A program made the translations under genes and the position numbers. From the NCBI GenBank assembly GCA_951406725.2, contig OX597815.1, positions 147,498,001-147,562,000 of the forward strand: 64,000 bases of DNA, given 5' to 3'. Numbering within the stretch: the stretch's first letter is position 1; each line of letters starts with the position of its first letter. Below are positions 13,921 through 27,540 of the stretch, in pieces. The notes below the pieces were generated by a model. The model saw only the letters and a program-made list of their open reading frames with translations. It did no database searches and was not told where the DNA came from. The DNA comes from Octopus vulgaris. Lineage: Eukaryota.

Positions 13921-14815
13921 TATAGGAGTTGGACAAAATAGTGGGAACACCTTAAAATTTCAAACAAATTTATCTTAATATGGGGTATGACGGCCTATGG
14001 CAGTAATAACGGCTTGAATTCTACGAGGTATGGACTTGTATATAGTTTCAATTGTTTCTAAAGAGACCTTACTGCATCGTGCAGTATAGTCACCAGTTCT
14101 TGTAGTCATGATGGTGGGGGATATCAACTCCTTACTTGTTTTTCTAAACTGCACCTTAAATGTTCAATAATGTTGAGATCGGGTGACTCTTCGGGCCAGA
14201 TAAGATGTTTAACTTCACAACAATGTTTCTTGTGCCATTCAGCAACAAATTTAGCTGTGTGAATTGGTGAATTACCATGCTGAAAGATTGCATTTCCCTT
14301 CGGAAACAGTTCCGCAACCATAAGAATAATTTGATCAGATAAAATGCCTAAATAGTCTTTACTATTAATTCTGCCATGAAAGAAAACCATTAGGCCGTCC
14401 GATTTCCAAGATATAGTCCCTAGATCATCACAGATCTTCCTCCATGTTTAACAGTTGGAAGACTGCAGTCTGAGTCAGATGTTTCTTTTGACTGTCTCCA
14501 CACGTATACTCGGCCGGTTGTCGAAAATAAGGTAAATGATGTCTCGTCCGAGAAAATAACTTTCTTCCATTACTCTAGGGACCGATTCTGTAGGTCTTTA
14601 CTCCACTCTAAACGCTTTAAAACGTTTGTTTTTGAGTGTAGTGGTTTTCTGATTGCATCCCTCCCGTGAAATCCGATGTAGAGTTTTTGTGGAAACCGGC
14701 TTCTCGAGGTTGTCGTTAAGCTCTGGAGTAATTTTAGGAGATATACTTTTGAGATCCTTTGTAACAATTTGCGTAAGAGTCCGACAGTCCGTATCTGAAA
14801 GATTTGGCTTTCATA
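13921..14815 (-). mobile_element. Tc1 (DD34E) transposon remnant, 3' half
   Basis: IFSDET, AIFQHGNSPIHTAK and WPEESPDLNIIEHL motifs. The terminus ta-taggagttggacaaaatagtgggaacacc is at 13921, and the element is truncated at (TATG)n. Confidence 0.9.
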
Positions 14816-14923
14816 TATATGTATGTAAGTATGTGTGTATGTATGTATGTATGTATGTATGTATGTATGTATGTATGTATGTATGTATGTATGTATGTAT
14901 GTGTATGTATGTATGTATGTATG

Positions 14924-14955
<32 letters not shown>

Positions 14956-14984
14956 TAAACATACATATATACATATAGCTACTT

Positions 14985-15330
14985 TTCCTCTAGAAATATT
15001 GGTTTGAGGAAATTGGTATATTGTATTAACGATCCACAACACCATGTACGAAATCCTCGGCTGTTGGTAATGCACAAGTGTCAAAAGCATAATGATATCC
15101 ATTAAGCAGCTGACAAGGGGTCTGCTGTGTATTGTGGTTTCATGGTTCTTAGTTGTTCTTCCTTGAAATATTGAAATTCTTTCCTTCGTAGGCTTATACT
15201 TGTTAAAGGATACCTTCCGCTTAATGGCGCTTTCTGTTATACTATTCAGTGATATTGCGTGATTGCCCTTCACTAGGAAACTAATTCTGGCATTTTTAGG
15301 GGTATCTATTGCTTCTACTTATTCATGTGT
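14985..15330. pseudogene. Rearranged Penelope-like RT fragment
   Basis: The + strand at ~15100-15130 encodes AADKGSAV (PLE KPADKG-type RT motif). An adjacent - strand segment resembles the NLSxEE region upstream of that motif. Confidence 0.5.
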
Positions 15331-18310
15331 TGCCTGTTTATGGTCGTTGTGTTGTACGTATTCACATTCTCATGCAGACACACACATGCACATTCACGTG
15401 TGCGCACGCACGCGCACACAAACACACGCACATATAAACACACACAAACATATATATACATACAACTCACGAACCAACTACCCTTAGTTCACTCCATTGT
15501 TACAAACATATTCCTGAACATGTGTACACTTAATATTAAGCAGTGAAATTTCTAAGTATATATGCTCTAAATAAATGGTTTCTCATTGGCAGATGAGTTA
15601 CACTCATCCTCAGTGGCCATGGCAGATCACATGATGGGCTGTGTAGATTTCGTAGGTCACATCAGCTAATTTGCAGTAGACCCCGCATTCCATAAAAGTA
15701 GATCTTCCTGTTTTCAGTAAACTTCTTTGTGTAAATAAACTTGAAATACCATTTCAATAGGAGTATTTATAGGAAACAACGTTATATTTGGTAACGTGAT
15801 ATTTTGTTTTGACATCACAACTCAGGTTTTTTCTTTAAGGAAATCTCGGGGCGGTTTCAAAATATTCAAAATGCAATTAAACCAAGAGACACTACCTTTG
15901 TGCCCCATAATGTTATGTAATTTTCCTGTTGACAACGACCCTGAAAATAATGTGCGCAGCGCTTCAAGCAATTTTTACAATATGTGTGTAAAACAGAGAA
16001 ATAATGTTTTCCCTGTGATTAGCACAAATTTATTATACCTCTTGACGCCTCTTTCGCTTCCGTGTAGTTCCTCGATATACCTTCATACTAATAATGTATT
16101 CCCCTATAGCTCAGTACCTTGGACATTGGAACTATCCTAACTGGGCAAATGGATTCATTTTGATAGTTACATATCAGCATACTTAATGCACACTAACCTT
16201 TTGATAATGCCATTCCTATTTAGTGATTCGCTCAAGACAAGCATGTCACATCTGAAAATATATCACTATAGAACTTGAAAACTATTCTACTGAAGATTGC
16301 TGATAATCTAATAATTTGGACACCATTGAAATACAAAATAACATGGGCTCTGTATTAAAATTGGAATGCAGGTTTTGTATAGAATTATACAAAACCTGTC
16401 ATGGCATTAACGGTTTACCCAAGACGTTGATTGTGATGAGGTGATTTGAAAGTGATATTCGTATTTAATGGAAATATACAGAAATATCTATGAATTTCTT
16501 CTCCAAATAACTAATGGTGTAACCATTCATATTATTTTAATTTTCAAAAGTGTCTAAGCAAACGGAAAATCAGGGTGTTGTGGGTTCAATATCAGATGTT
16601 TTACCACGAAAGCGACATCCCGTAAAATGGTCGAAAAATAAAGCAGTCTTTCTTTCTTAAGCTGTAGGAATTATTATGATTAATTAGATTAATTTCCACA
16701 CATCCGTGACATCTCTTAATATCGGGTCGTCGACCATGGTGATTTGGCCTCGGAGACCTACAGATTTGAGAAAGAGGAACGTTTATATGTACGTGCATAA
16801 ATGTACGGAAAAGTACTCAATATGTGCATGTTAACTTTTGTTTCAAATACCAGAGAAATAGCTGATGATATCAATGCCATAATTTAATTGACTGATCAAG
16901 AAGCATTTCTGGTATCAGAAGCGATGGCTTCGATTTTATACATGCATAGTATACCTCGCATACTGAGTCTGCGAAACTTTCACGAAAATAAAAAAGAATT
17001 CTGAGTTCATTCCTCTAAGAATATTTAAAGTCCATGGTGTATTGTGTGGTCACTTCTGTTGTCTTCACAGCTGTTTGCTTAATAAATAAAAGGAAGTCTT
17101 CGAAATTACTAACGCAAAAATTTTCAGCTTCGAGCATTGTATTATACAAAGAAAAGCAAAGAACATTCCAATTGTGTTCACTTTCAGTTTCAGGCAACGA
17201 ATACTTCAATGTTGCTTCTTTTCAGTCTCTTCAATTTTAAACGTCAGGAAATTTACTTTAATTTAATCTTGGCGCCCCTTCCGCCATTTTCTTGGAATAG
17301 AACTTATACCAAGGACACATTTTAAATGAACACAATTGTAATTACCAAGTCAACACGTGTTTTCTTAAACGATAGCAATTGTGACATACGATTAGCTTTT
17401 GAAAGCACGAGAATTACAGTTGCCTGCGGCAAACAGACAGCCAATGGTAATATTCAATTACATGTTCTAAATTAGTTTCTACTTTATGAATACGATCTCT
17501 GTATTTACTTGCTGAAAACATTCACCAATAAGCGAAACATTTTTTCAGTAACGTGTTTTATTTCGTTTTATTTTATAAGACTTCGATTTTATAAAATTTA
17601 TTCACACTGTCACCTTATTTCTGATCTTTAAGCAATATAAGTTGTCGACATTTTTTCTAAAGATTCCAGATTATTTTCTTTCCGAAGTCTTACTCCATTG
17701 AGTTTATTTCATTTATCTCTATTTTGGGAAAATGTTATGTTACGGACTGTATTCTCTACATTCAACATAGCACTAAGATAACAATCACACGTTGTTATAT
17801 GTTTTAAAGCCTATATTCTGAATATTTAGCTAGAAGAAAAAGTAATTTCATTAATTCATTCAAACCCTGAACAAAACACAGTAACAGACACAAGCCTATA
17901 TAAAGACAGAAAAACACGTTATTATTTGCGTTTCTTAACGTTTAAACAGTTAAAAATGAACGTTGCAGTTTCATCAGATATCTTTAGAATGGTGTTTTAT
18001 ATAACAAATAAAAGGAACTAACTTATTAATAAAAATCCACTGGTTGTATGTTTGAATCGTTGATGCTGGAAGGATGGCTGAAAGATGAATAAAATTGGAA
18101 TACGTTCAAACTATTAGAAAATCAGATGTTATTATCATTCCTTCCCTTCCTATCCCTTGACCGTATAGTCGTCGGAGCATTCGTAGATTACGACGCAAGC
18201 AGATTTCAACATATCTCTTGGTCATTCGATGCCCTCTGTGAGTTGGCGATAGTGAGGCCTCTCCACTGATGCTGTTAACCCGGATGAAAAACGATGCAAT
18301 ATGGGTTCTG

Positions 18311-18361
18311 GTGTGGTTAACATGGACGTGTGGTTAACATGGACGTGTGGTTAACATGGAC
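18311..18361. repeat. 3 x 17-bp perfect tandem repeat gtgtggttaacatggac
   Basis: Visible directly in the sequence. Confidence 0.95.
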
Positions 18362-19133
18362 GTATTATAGCCAATTAAGCTTTTCTCCAAGCTGTTAGCC
18401 ATAACCGTCCACCTCTATCTGACACCCCTTCGTTTCAAACATTCCGCCCTTGATTTCAGATGTTCCTCTGCCTTAGCAGGAGACTTCTTAGGAGGTATTA
18501 ACAGAAGTATTTCGCCTCTTGATGCAGTTTTAACATCATCCCTCACTTGGTTTAGACCACCAGCTGACGTGGGACAGCGGGTGTGATGCAAGGGTTTATC
18601 AAATGAAAGATTATGAGTTGAAACCGGGACCAGTATTATAGTGTTGTAATAAAACTAAAACACAGAGGCTTCACTGAAAAGGGAGCTGAAAGATGGCGCA
18701 AAGAGGAAATTTTAAAGGAATTGCAAGACGAAGGGTTATAGAACGCACAACAAGTAAAAGAGAGATCTTCAAATACCGGAATATATATCAGGGCATACAA
18801 ATAATGATATAATGTGTATAAATATTTAAAATCTGATGTTAACTTCAATTCCACAGCAGTTAATGCATATATGTGTGTGTACTTGATCAACAAGCTTGGG
18901 GAGATGAGAAAAGTAGGAAAATTGGCGTAAAAATATCATGGGGTGAACTACAAAATAACTTTTTTCAGCTTATCGAGTTTCTACACAGATATGCTGGAAG
19001 TAAATAGACAACTTTAATTTTCAAAATTTCTGATCTAAGCGTCTTAATAGGTTTTCAGTGGTGTAGAATTTACAATGTATTTAATCTTTTTCATTCCAGG
19101 TGCTATTATATTAAATATTTGCGAAAAGTAACC

Positions 19134-19510
19134 ATGCCACGCACAAAAAATTCAGCAGAACTGTCAGATTTTCAAACAGGTCATATTTTGGGGCAATCTG
19201 AGCCTTGTCTGAGCCAGCGAAAAATTGCTGAAAATCTTCAAATTCCTCTTGCTACTGTTCATAAAATTATAGTGCAAGTCAAAAGCCAAGGAAAATAATC
19301 AACAGATTCTCGTCCCTGCCTACATGGGCCCTCGGAAAGAAAGCTTCGCTGTTTGAAGAGAATTGGGGAAAACGAAACCCATTCGAAGGTTTCTGACATT
19401 GCAAAACAGCTAGAAGTTAGTTCAAGAACGTATGTTACATATCTGCATAAGCTTGGGTATTATGGATGAGCAGCTAGAAGAAAACCTTTCTTTCAACCAA
19501 TCAATATAAA
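19134..19510 (+). pseudogene. Tc1-like transposase N-terminal (HTH) remnant
   Basis: MPRTKNSAELSDFQTGHILG..LSQRKIAENLQIPLATVHKII and later KLGYYG*AARRKPF, with stops. Confidence 0.8.
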
Positions 19511-20739
19511 ATAAAAGAGTTTGACAATTAAACGTGTCTATTTACTTCCTGCATCTCTGTGTATATGGAAGAAAATGTACAACCATTTACGTTAGTAAAC
19601 CACTACTGTTCCTTAAAATAAATTTTTTTATAACTTCTACGAACTGTTCAATGTTTACTACCTCCATACATCTCGATCTTTGGATCTTACCTCCACACTA
19701 GAACCATAAATATTTTCCTACTCATGCATCCGCATATATTTGTGTGTTTATGCTTGTGTTTGAGTGTTCTGAAACTTATTGAAACACGTTCACATTCTTT
19801 TATATAATGATGACTAAATATTCCATTGTCTGGCAACCTGCTGTTTGAATGTTTCTAAATTATTTTGTTATGTGAGCGCTGGCTTTGGATACATGCTGTG
19901 GTGCATTCTGGATGGTGAAGTCAATGAGTGTAAGTGGTTCAATGTTTGTAAAATGTTCACTAATTTGTGTAGATTTTACTTTATTTTACATTTACAAACT
20001 GCTTATTTTGATAATAATTGTCAAAGCACTCAGTTCTTAGTTGAATTCACGGTTACTCCAAATGCAATTTATAATTCTAGCAATAAACTTAAATTTTTAT
20101 CCGTTAAAATCTATGACGAAATTAACGTCGTATGTTTGTAACATTTTTTCCAACCAAACATTAAAGAGTCAGACGTCACCAGTGAAAGAGTATGGTTTGT
20201 TAATGCATCCCTTCATTTCACTGGTGACTAATATGTTACGAGTAGACAATTCCTTCGGTCGATTCTCTCCCGTTCTGACACAGCGGCTGTCCATGACGTT
20301 GTATCTGAGGGAGCAGAGTGTTGCCCTGCGTATTCACAATATACTACACTACAATGACATGATCTGAAGTATCATTCTCAAGGTCACAGCATAGCACCTA
20401 GTTCAAGAGTTGTACCCATAAAATTAATGATCGCGAGGTGGACACTTTAATCATTAGTTGACGCACCTTCTCTAACAAACATGCAGAATGTTTCATCCCA
20501 CATTTCAAATAATCAATTCCTACTTAGATTTATATATTTACGCATCTAGTTCTTGCATTGACCAATACAACTGTGTGTGTGTGTATGTGTGTGTTTGTGT
20601 GTCTATATGTTCGTGTGTGCCTATGTGTGTGTCCCCGTATATATATATATATATATATACTCTTTTATACCCTTCTACTTGTTTCAGTCATTTGGTAGTG
20701 GCCATGCTGGAGCACCACCGTGGTCTTACTGATCTCCTC

Positions 20740-21500
20740 AGTCTGGGGCTTTTCCCATCATGACTCCTGTATGTGCCTTTGAGGATATGTGGGTCTTTGA
20801 ACCCTAGACTATTGCAGTATCTGGTCCTGAATGGAGCGGTGATATCTTTGGCGCTCAGTTCTGGCATTTGTACAACACTCAATGCCGAAAGTAGGTACTA
20901 GCCCCACTAGAGTTTTCCATATATAGATTATTGTATATCTCTCATGCTTTTTTTCCAGGGTGTAAAATTTGCAGTTTTCTCAGCCTATCCCTGTAGCTCT
21001 TCCGCTGCACTGTTTCAATAGTTTTAGTGTATATTGACGTTGGACTGCCTTAAGCTTCGCTGTTAGTTTGGCACAATGTGGTGCCCATAACTTCGAGCAG
21101 TAGTCCAGGCAGCAGAGAACAAAAGTTATCTACAGGGTTAGCATAATTTCCTGCTCACTTGTCTTGAAGGACCTAAATGCCCATCAAGCCAGTTGTCAGC
21201 ACTTTGCTGTTATCTTGGCAATGTGCATAAAATATGATGCGTCATTGCACATACTGATCCCAAAGCCCCTAACTGCCTATGACTCTCGGAAGATAGTTCC
21301 ATTGTTCCTGTATATGCAGGCTGTAGTGTATTCGAGAGTTGATAGTGTAGTGCTTAAAATGTTCCTGCATTAAACTGCATGTTGTTTATTTCAGTCCACT
21401 TATATATCGAATACAGGTCCCACTGTAAGCTTTCAAAGTCATCGTGATTTTTTATTGCCTGTGATGAATTTGTACCATAGACGGCATGGCTAGTGACAGT
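20740..21500 (-). mobile_element. CR1/Jockey-group LINE 3' remnant
   Basis: YGTNSSQAIKNHDDFESLQWDLYSIYKWTEINNMQFN (region after YADD), DLGI-like segment, LDYCSKLWAPH and KAVQRQYTK. Confidence 0.8.
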
Positions 21501-21532
21501 GGCTATCCACGTACCGTGGCTATGTCTAAGAG

Positions 21533-21582
<50 letters not shown>

Positions 21583-23350
21583 ACTCCATAAGCAACTGTA
21601 AGCAGAATCACCAGTTTCCAGTAAAATAAGCACCCGAATATATGTAAAGATATATATAAATCATAGTATGTGTGTATGATGACTAACGCATATATTCCCA
21701 CAATTGTCAACCGATTTTCTCCAAACTTTACATACATATTAGTTAGGTCCCAAAGACATAATTAATATGTGTGTAAGGTTTTGCCCAGAGATCCTGGACA
21801 TTTTGCCCAGAGATTCTGCGTAAATGGACGTAAATGGAAATGGTTTTTTTGTATGTGCTGTCTTCCATACTTATTGAATAATTTTATAAATGTGAAATGA
21901 TTTTGTCTACTTACTTATTTCGACTGTCCACCTGCGCGGTGACCCAGTCAGGAAACATTTTCTTTTCATGTAAATGTTAATTTAAAAGATTTATCTGAAA
22001 AATTTTATTTAGCTGTTATATTTAGAACAACACGTGTTATGAATCCGGTAATTTTCTGTCATGTAAATAAATGTTTATGTTAATTTAAAAGATTTATCCA
22101 AATTCGTTGTGTGTACCTAGTTTCTTTTCACATGTTGGGTTGTCCGTACTTTTTAAATCTATATGCTCGTATATTACCATTAGAGAATATTACTTCGTGT
22201 TTATCAAATTTAAAAATTTATTATTTATTTATATATTGTAATTCTGTGTTATTACATTCTATATTTTTTTATGTGTATTGGTATGTCTAGAATGAATTTT
22301 GGTTAGACACTATTATATAACTGAAAGTATTTTGTCTATTTATTTCGACTGCTTTCCTTATTTTTTAACTTATATGGAAATAGATTTCCAGTACAGAATA
22401 TTTTTGGGATTTATTATTTATTTATGTTGTAATTATGTGTTAGTACTTTCTATATTTTTTATATGTTTATTACTGTGTATTGTTCGGGCTTTGGTTAGAG
22501 AATATTATAAAAGTGAAAGCATTTTGTGTATTTATGTCGACTGTCCACCTGCGACGGTGATTAAATTGGCTAGGAACACTGTACGTAATGAATATCCAAA
22601 ACCAAACAATATTAATCTCCATATTTAAGCTGCATTAAACTTTGGCAAGCTTACCTTTACCTATTCTGAGTTACTTGAAAGGTGATGTCCCATTTCCTCT
22701 TTTCTATGTTTTAATAACTTTGTTTACCTAAAAAAGCGTTGTTTCACTTACACATCAATAATGATATTTCGACTGTTGTCCATTGTTTGAAATGAGTTTT
22801 ATCATTGTCATTCTAATCTCTTTTAAACAATCACATATGATTCGTCCCAAATAAACAACAATTAAATAAGAATTTTGCCCCTACTAGCGAAAGCTATATG
22901 TATCTTTCAGAAAGCTCCATACCAATTTAACTTTATGCGGCATTCGCTGTTATTTTATCCGCAGGCTATGTGGGAAGAGAGAATAAAGGGGCTTTTGTTA
23001 GCTTAGGATAGAATCGATAATCACTTGGTACACTAAAACCTATTTTCGTTTTCCAGATAATTACAAGCATGCCACCGAAAAAGAGAGCACGTAATGGCAA
23101 AGAGTCGTCTACGTAAATGTGAGGCACCTAGTTAGGTCGGAATAAAAAAAAAAAAAATGCACACCCACAGCAGTTAAAGATGAGTACCAGCCTTGCTACA
23201 GTAGCACTGACAGAATATTCGGGTAAAGTATGCAGTTAAATAGACCCAACCGAGTATATTATTCGCTCTTTACTAAATATGCAGTCTATAATATACTTCA
23301 GAATACGCGAGGGGCATGTTCCGGGATAAGTGAATTAAAAATAAAGAAGT

Positions 23351-23763
23351 AGGCGCAGGAGTGGCTGTGTGGTAAATAGCTTTCTTGCTTACCAACCACT
23401 TGGTTCCGAGTTCAGTCCCACTGCGTGGCATCTTGGGCAAGTGTCTTCTACTATAGCCTCGGGCCGACCAAAGCCTTGTGAGTGGATTTGGTAGACGGAA
23501 ACTGAAAGAAGCCCGTCGTATATATGTATATATATATATATATGTGTGTGTGTTTGTGTGTGTGTGTTTGTCCCCCCAACATTGCTTGACAACCGATGCT
23601 GGTGTGTTTACGTCGCTGTAACTTAGCAGTTCGGCAAAAGAGACCGATAGAATAAGTACTAGGCTTACAAAGAATAAGTCCTGGGGTTCGATTTCCTCGA
23701 CTAAAGGCAGTGCTCCAGCATGGCCGCAGTCAAAATGACTGAAGCAAATAAAAGAGTAAAGAG
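23351..23763 (+). mobile_element. SINE family A, full length
   Basis: ggcgcaggagtggctgtgtggtaa head through (aagagt)n tail. Confidence 0.9.
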
Positions 23764-24050
23764 TAAGTAACAATTGATGGATAGGTTTCAATCAATTACA
23801 CTCGTTTGTAACGATTTTTAAATTGATTAATGAGTGTATAAATTGCTGGGAATCATTATAAAAAAACCGTTTTCTTCAGATGAATACATGAATGTTACAA
23901 TCAGCGATATTTAAAACAATTCCAATTTCCATGACTGTAATATTCATGCATTCATCTGTAGAAAATGGCTTTTTTATAATGATATAATCAATTAAACATT
24001 CGTTAGACACAGCTGTAATCAATTGACACCAGTCCATCAGTTGTTACTTA
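23764..24050. mobile_element. Foldback MITE-like palindrome
   Basis: Imperfect inverted repeat along its whole length: taagtaacaattgatgga/tccatcagttgttactta and atcattataaaaaa/ttttttataatgat. Ends are TA. Confidence 0.75.
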
Positions 24051-24394
24051 TATATACATATAAGTATGTATATGTATGTATATACACACACATATTCACG
24101 TAGTTAATCACTGCAAACTGCTGCTGATGCCTATAATTGCTTATAGCATAAGATTGAGATAGAGAGAGAGAGAGCAAAAGAGAGAGAGAGAAAGTGAGCG
24201 AGAAAGTGGGAGAAAGAATGATTATTATGAGGCAAGTGTTCTTTTTAAGGGGAGAGATTCGCTGCAGGTTTTGTATTTATTTTACCTAATGTTGTGAGGG
24301 AAAGTGATATACTTCCATATTGCTATATATATAATTCATGTCATTTATTAGATATTCCAGCAGTTGGGGATAGAAGCATTTCACCATATTTGCG

Positions 24395-24427
<33 letters not shown>

Positions 24428-24428
24428 C

Positions 24429-24468
<40 letters not shown>

Positions 24469-24490
24469 ATATATATATATTTTTATACAT

Positions 24491-24786
24491 GTGGAGGCGC
24501 AATGGCCTAGTGGCTAGGGTAGCGTACTCGTGGTCGTAGGATGGCGGTTTCGATTCCCAGACCGGATGTTGTATGTGTTTATTGAGCGAAAACACCTAAA
24601 GCTCCTCGAGGCTCCGGCAGGGGTTGGTTAACCCTACTGTACTACTGTATTCAGACTACTGTACATCTTTCTCTCACTCTTTCTTCTGTTGGCCTGCTCG
24701 CTTAGCCAGCGGGGTGGCTACAACAATGCGAAGTGCATTGTGACCAGCGATGTGTAGCAACCTCTGATAGCCTGGTCGGTCACGAT
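24491..24786 (+). mobile_element. tRNA-derived SINE family C
   Basis: ggcgcaatggcctagtggctagg (A-box)...ggtttcgattccc (B-box). A homologous copy is at 58340-58642 (-) and a related head at ~44575-44638 (-). Confidence 0.85.
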
Positions 24787-24796
24787 AATCACTATG

Positions 24797-25177
24797 AGGT
24801 AAGTAGCTTGTTTACCAACCATATGGCTCCGGGTTCAGTCCCACTGCGTGGCACCTTGGGAAAGTGTCTTCTACTATAGCCTCGGGCCGACCAAAACCTT
24901 GTGAGTGGATTTGGTAGACGGAAACTGAAAGAAACCCGTCGTATATATGTATATATATATGCGTGTGTGTGTTTGTGTGTCTGTATTTGTGCCCTTAGCA
25001 TGGCTTGACAACCGATGTTGGTGTGTTTATGTCCCTGTTACCTAGCGGTTCGGCAAAAGAGACCGATAGAATAAGTACTGGGCTTACAAAAGAATAAGTC
25101 CCGGGGTCGAGTTGTTCGATTAAAGGCGGTGCTCCAGCATTGCCGCAGTCAAAATGACTGAAACAAGTAAAAGAGTA
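24797..25177 (+). mobile_element. SINE family A, 5'-clipped
   Basis: Homologous to 23351-23763. Confidence 0.85.
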
Positions 25178-26626
25178 CATATATATATATATATACATAT
25201 TTGAGTGTTTGTGTATGTGCGTGCGTGTGTCTAGCGTGTTAGAAACACCTTCATTTCTAGGAATGACAGCCAAAACGCTCTAATGCTGTAGTCGAAGCAC
25301 GTAGATGTATACATCTATATTGTTTGGTAAAATATTTAAAACCGCTGTCTATATTAATATTCTGCATGCACAATAGTGATTCGCCAAATCATCCATGGAT
25401 TTTTATGAGGAAATCTAATATGCTGACAGAGTACTTAGTCCGGAATCTGCTGCAGTCAAGCCAATCCTTACTGAAGAGGTAACTGGAATTGCCTTAACTG
25501 ACCGGTCACATAGGGTATTCTCGATCGGTATTTTCAGATAATTATAGTCCCTGTCAGTATATATGCATAAAATTATGCGTATTGACTACTGCATTAGCAC
25601 ATTTTAGCTCTTATTTCTGGCAATGTTGGTGTTTCTAACAACCTTGTCCCATTTAGTAACAATTACTGTTTTGCTTTTTGGTAAAGGGTTGGAGAGAAAA
25701 CCAGTAAGGATGAAGAACAAGAGAGGGAGAGAGATAGACAGGGAAGAAATAGTAAGGGAGAAGTGTGCGCATCATAATCCCACCCTTCCCTATTCTTCTC
25801 TCCCCTTCACCGTTCCCTCTCTCTTACTCCTCCACCTCATCCTCCTCCTCGACTCACTCGTCACCGACACGTGATCAGAGGGAAGCCATCTTTCCAACTG
25901 CTACCTTCACCAAGACCAGGCCAGCTTATCCTGTCTTTCATAAGCTGTCACCTGAAGCGTTCAAAATAATTTTTCTATCGTGTTGGCTTAACAGCCGTCA
26001 TCGTTTGTTTTGACTGTTTTATTCTTATTGTTCTGTCTTTTACCGTTTTTATTTTTTTATTGTTTTTAATATATTGTTTTGTTCTTACTATCCTGTTCTT
26101 GTAACCACTTTTACCCTCCGCAAAAAATCCCAAATTTTATTTAATTTGCTGTGCGGGAAAGACTGTTTCAATGAAGTCCCGTCTTATTCTTACTTTCGAA
26201 ACAGGGACGAAACAGGGACAACTGAAGAACGGGGATTTTCCTTGTGCTGTAAGTCTTGTACTCTGTGTTTTTCGTTGTTTGAAAAAAAGGTCCTTTCTAT
26301 GTTTTTGTTTTTATGTTTTCGTTTCTCATTGTGGTCAATTTTTTTTTTATATCCTGTACCCATCTATGTATTTATATATTTATATATGCATATATTTATA
26401 TTATATATATATGTATATATATACATATGTACACAAATTAGTAAATAAATGGCACAACTAAGTACCGATATTTACTGGAAATAGCGAACGTAAAAATACG
26501 ACGCTAATGTGTAGCTTCACCGCGTATATATTAGCAAAAATGCGTGTGTGCAACAAATTAGAGAAAAGAAAACCCGTCTTACCTCCAGGGAGAACATCTG
26601 AAAGATGAAACACCCGGAAAAGGATA

Positions 26627-26705
26627 ATGTGGTACCTGCAGGTTTCAGGTTTTACAAGATATGTCTCTCACCCATATTTTGTTTTACCTTCATCAGCCAA
26701 ACATA
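26627..26705 (-). ncRNA. Type I hammerhead ribozyme motif (unit 1)
   Basis: ggtacctgcaggtttcagg...ccttcatcagcca, with the core intact. The unit-2 copy (~27060-27135) has GAAAC changed to GAATC. Confidence 0.85.
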
Positions 26706-27179
26706 TACCAAGACGAAATCTACGATGTTACCACATTAATACTAACACACTCGACTGAAATGCGGAACGCTAACAGTACGAGAAACGGTGAAGAAGTTTC
26801 AAAATATCAGTAATGCAATACAAAGTATTGCCTTCCAGTAAAAGTAGCCCGTGAGGGAAAAATACACAAATTAGTAAATAAATGGCACAACTAAGTACCG
26901 ATATTTACTGGAAATAGCGAACGTAAAAATACGACGCTAATGTGTAGCTTCACCGCGTATGTATTAGCAAAAATGCGTGTGTGCAACAAATTACAGAAAA
27001 AAAAACCCGTCTTACCTCCAGGGAGAACATCTGAAAGATGAAACACCCGAAAAAGGATAATGTGGTACCTGCAGGATTCAGGTTTTACAAGATATGTCTC
27101 TCACCCATATTTTATTTTACCTTCATCAGCCAAACATATACCAAGACGAAATCTACGATGTATACCACATTAATTTAAT

Positions 27180-27365
27180 TAAACTTGGCATTTAGCTTCT
27201 GTTAAGTCAAGCCCCTTAACCAAAAACTTGTCTACTGCAGCCCCTTGGTCAATGCAGTTTTGGCCTCTTGGTCGATGCAGTTTTGGCAGGTATCAACAAA
27301 AGATTTACAGCCCTCCTGGACAATGAGGAATGCCAACTGGCTATTATAACACCAAGTTCACCAGA
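27180..27365 (+). pseudogene. hAT (Ac/Tol2-like) transposase C-terminal fragment
   Basis: KLVYCSPLVNAVL, then after a short duplication LVDAVLAGINKRFTALLDNEECQLA, then a frameshifted PKF-like end. This resembles the Tol2-type YCSPLVDAL..GI..RF..PKF segment (recalled, not aligned). Confidence 0.65.
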
Positions 27366-27460
27366 ACCAAAGTTTTTGGTTAAGGGACTTGACTTAACAG
27401 AAGCTAAATGCCAAGTTTAATTAAATTAATGTGGTAACATCGTAGATTTCGTCTTGGTAT

Positions 27461-27540
27461 ATGCTTGGCTGATGAAGGTAAAACAAAATATGGGTGAGAG
27501 ACATATCTTGTAAAACCTGAAACCTGCAGGTACCACATTA
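27461..27540 (+). ncRNA. Type I hammerhead ribozyme motif
   Basis: atgcttgg CTGATGA(27469-27475) aggt...acct GAAAC(27519-27523) ctgcag GTA(27530-27532) ccacat. Stem III is ACC-TGCA-GGT. Stem II is extended by acaa/ttgt and atatg/catat. Confidence 0.88.

Noticed and set aside
17015-17209. Protein-like 64-aa ORF (also 46492-46692 and 3648-3851)
   Set aside because: These ORFs are short, have no recognisable family and lack clear splice sites.
18311-18361. Short direct repeats as a CRISPR-like array
   Set aside because: The repeats are contiguous with no spacers, in a eukaryotic context with no cas genes.
21560-22900. Helitron-like non-autonomous element with internal ~190-bp subrepeats
   Set aside because: The subrepeats are visible, but diagnostic termini and a 3' hairpin could not be fixed.
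24491-24570. tRNA gene
   Set aside because: The tRNA-like head continues into a repeated SINE body and lacks a proper acceptor stem.
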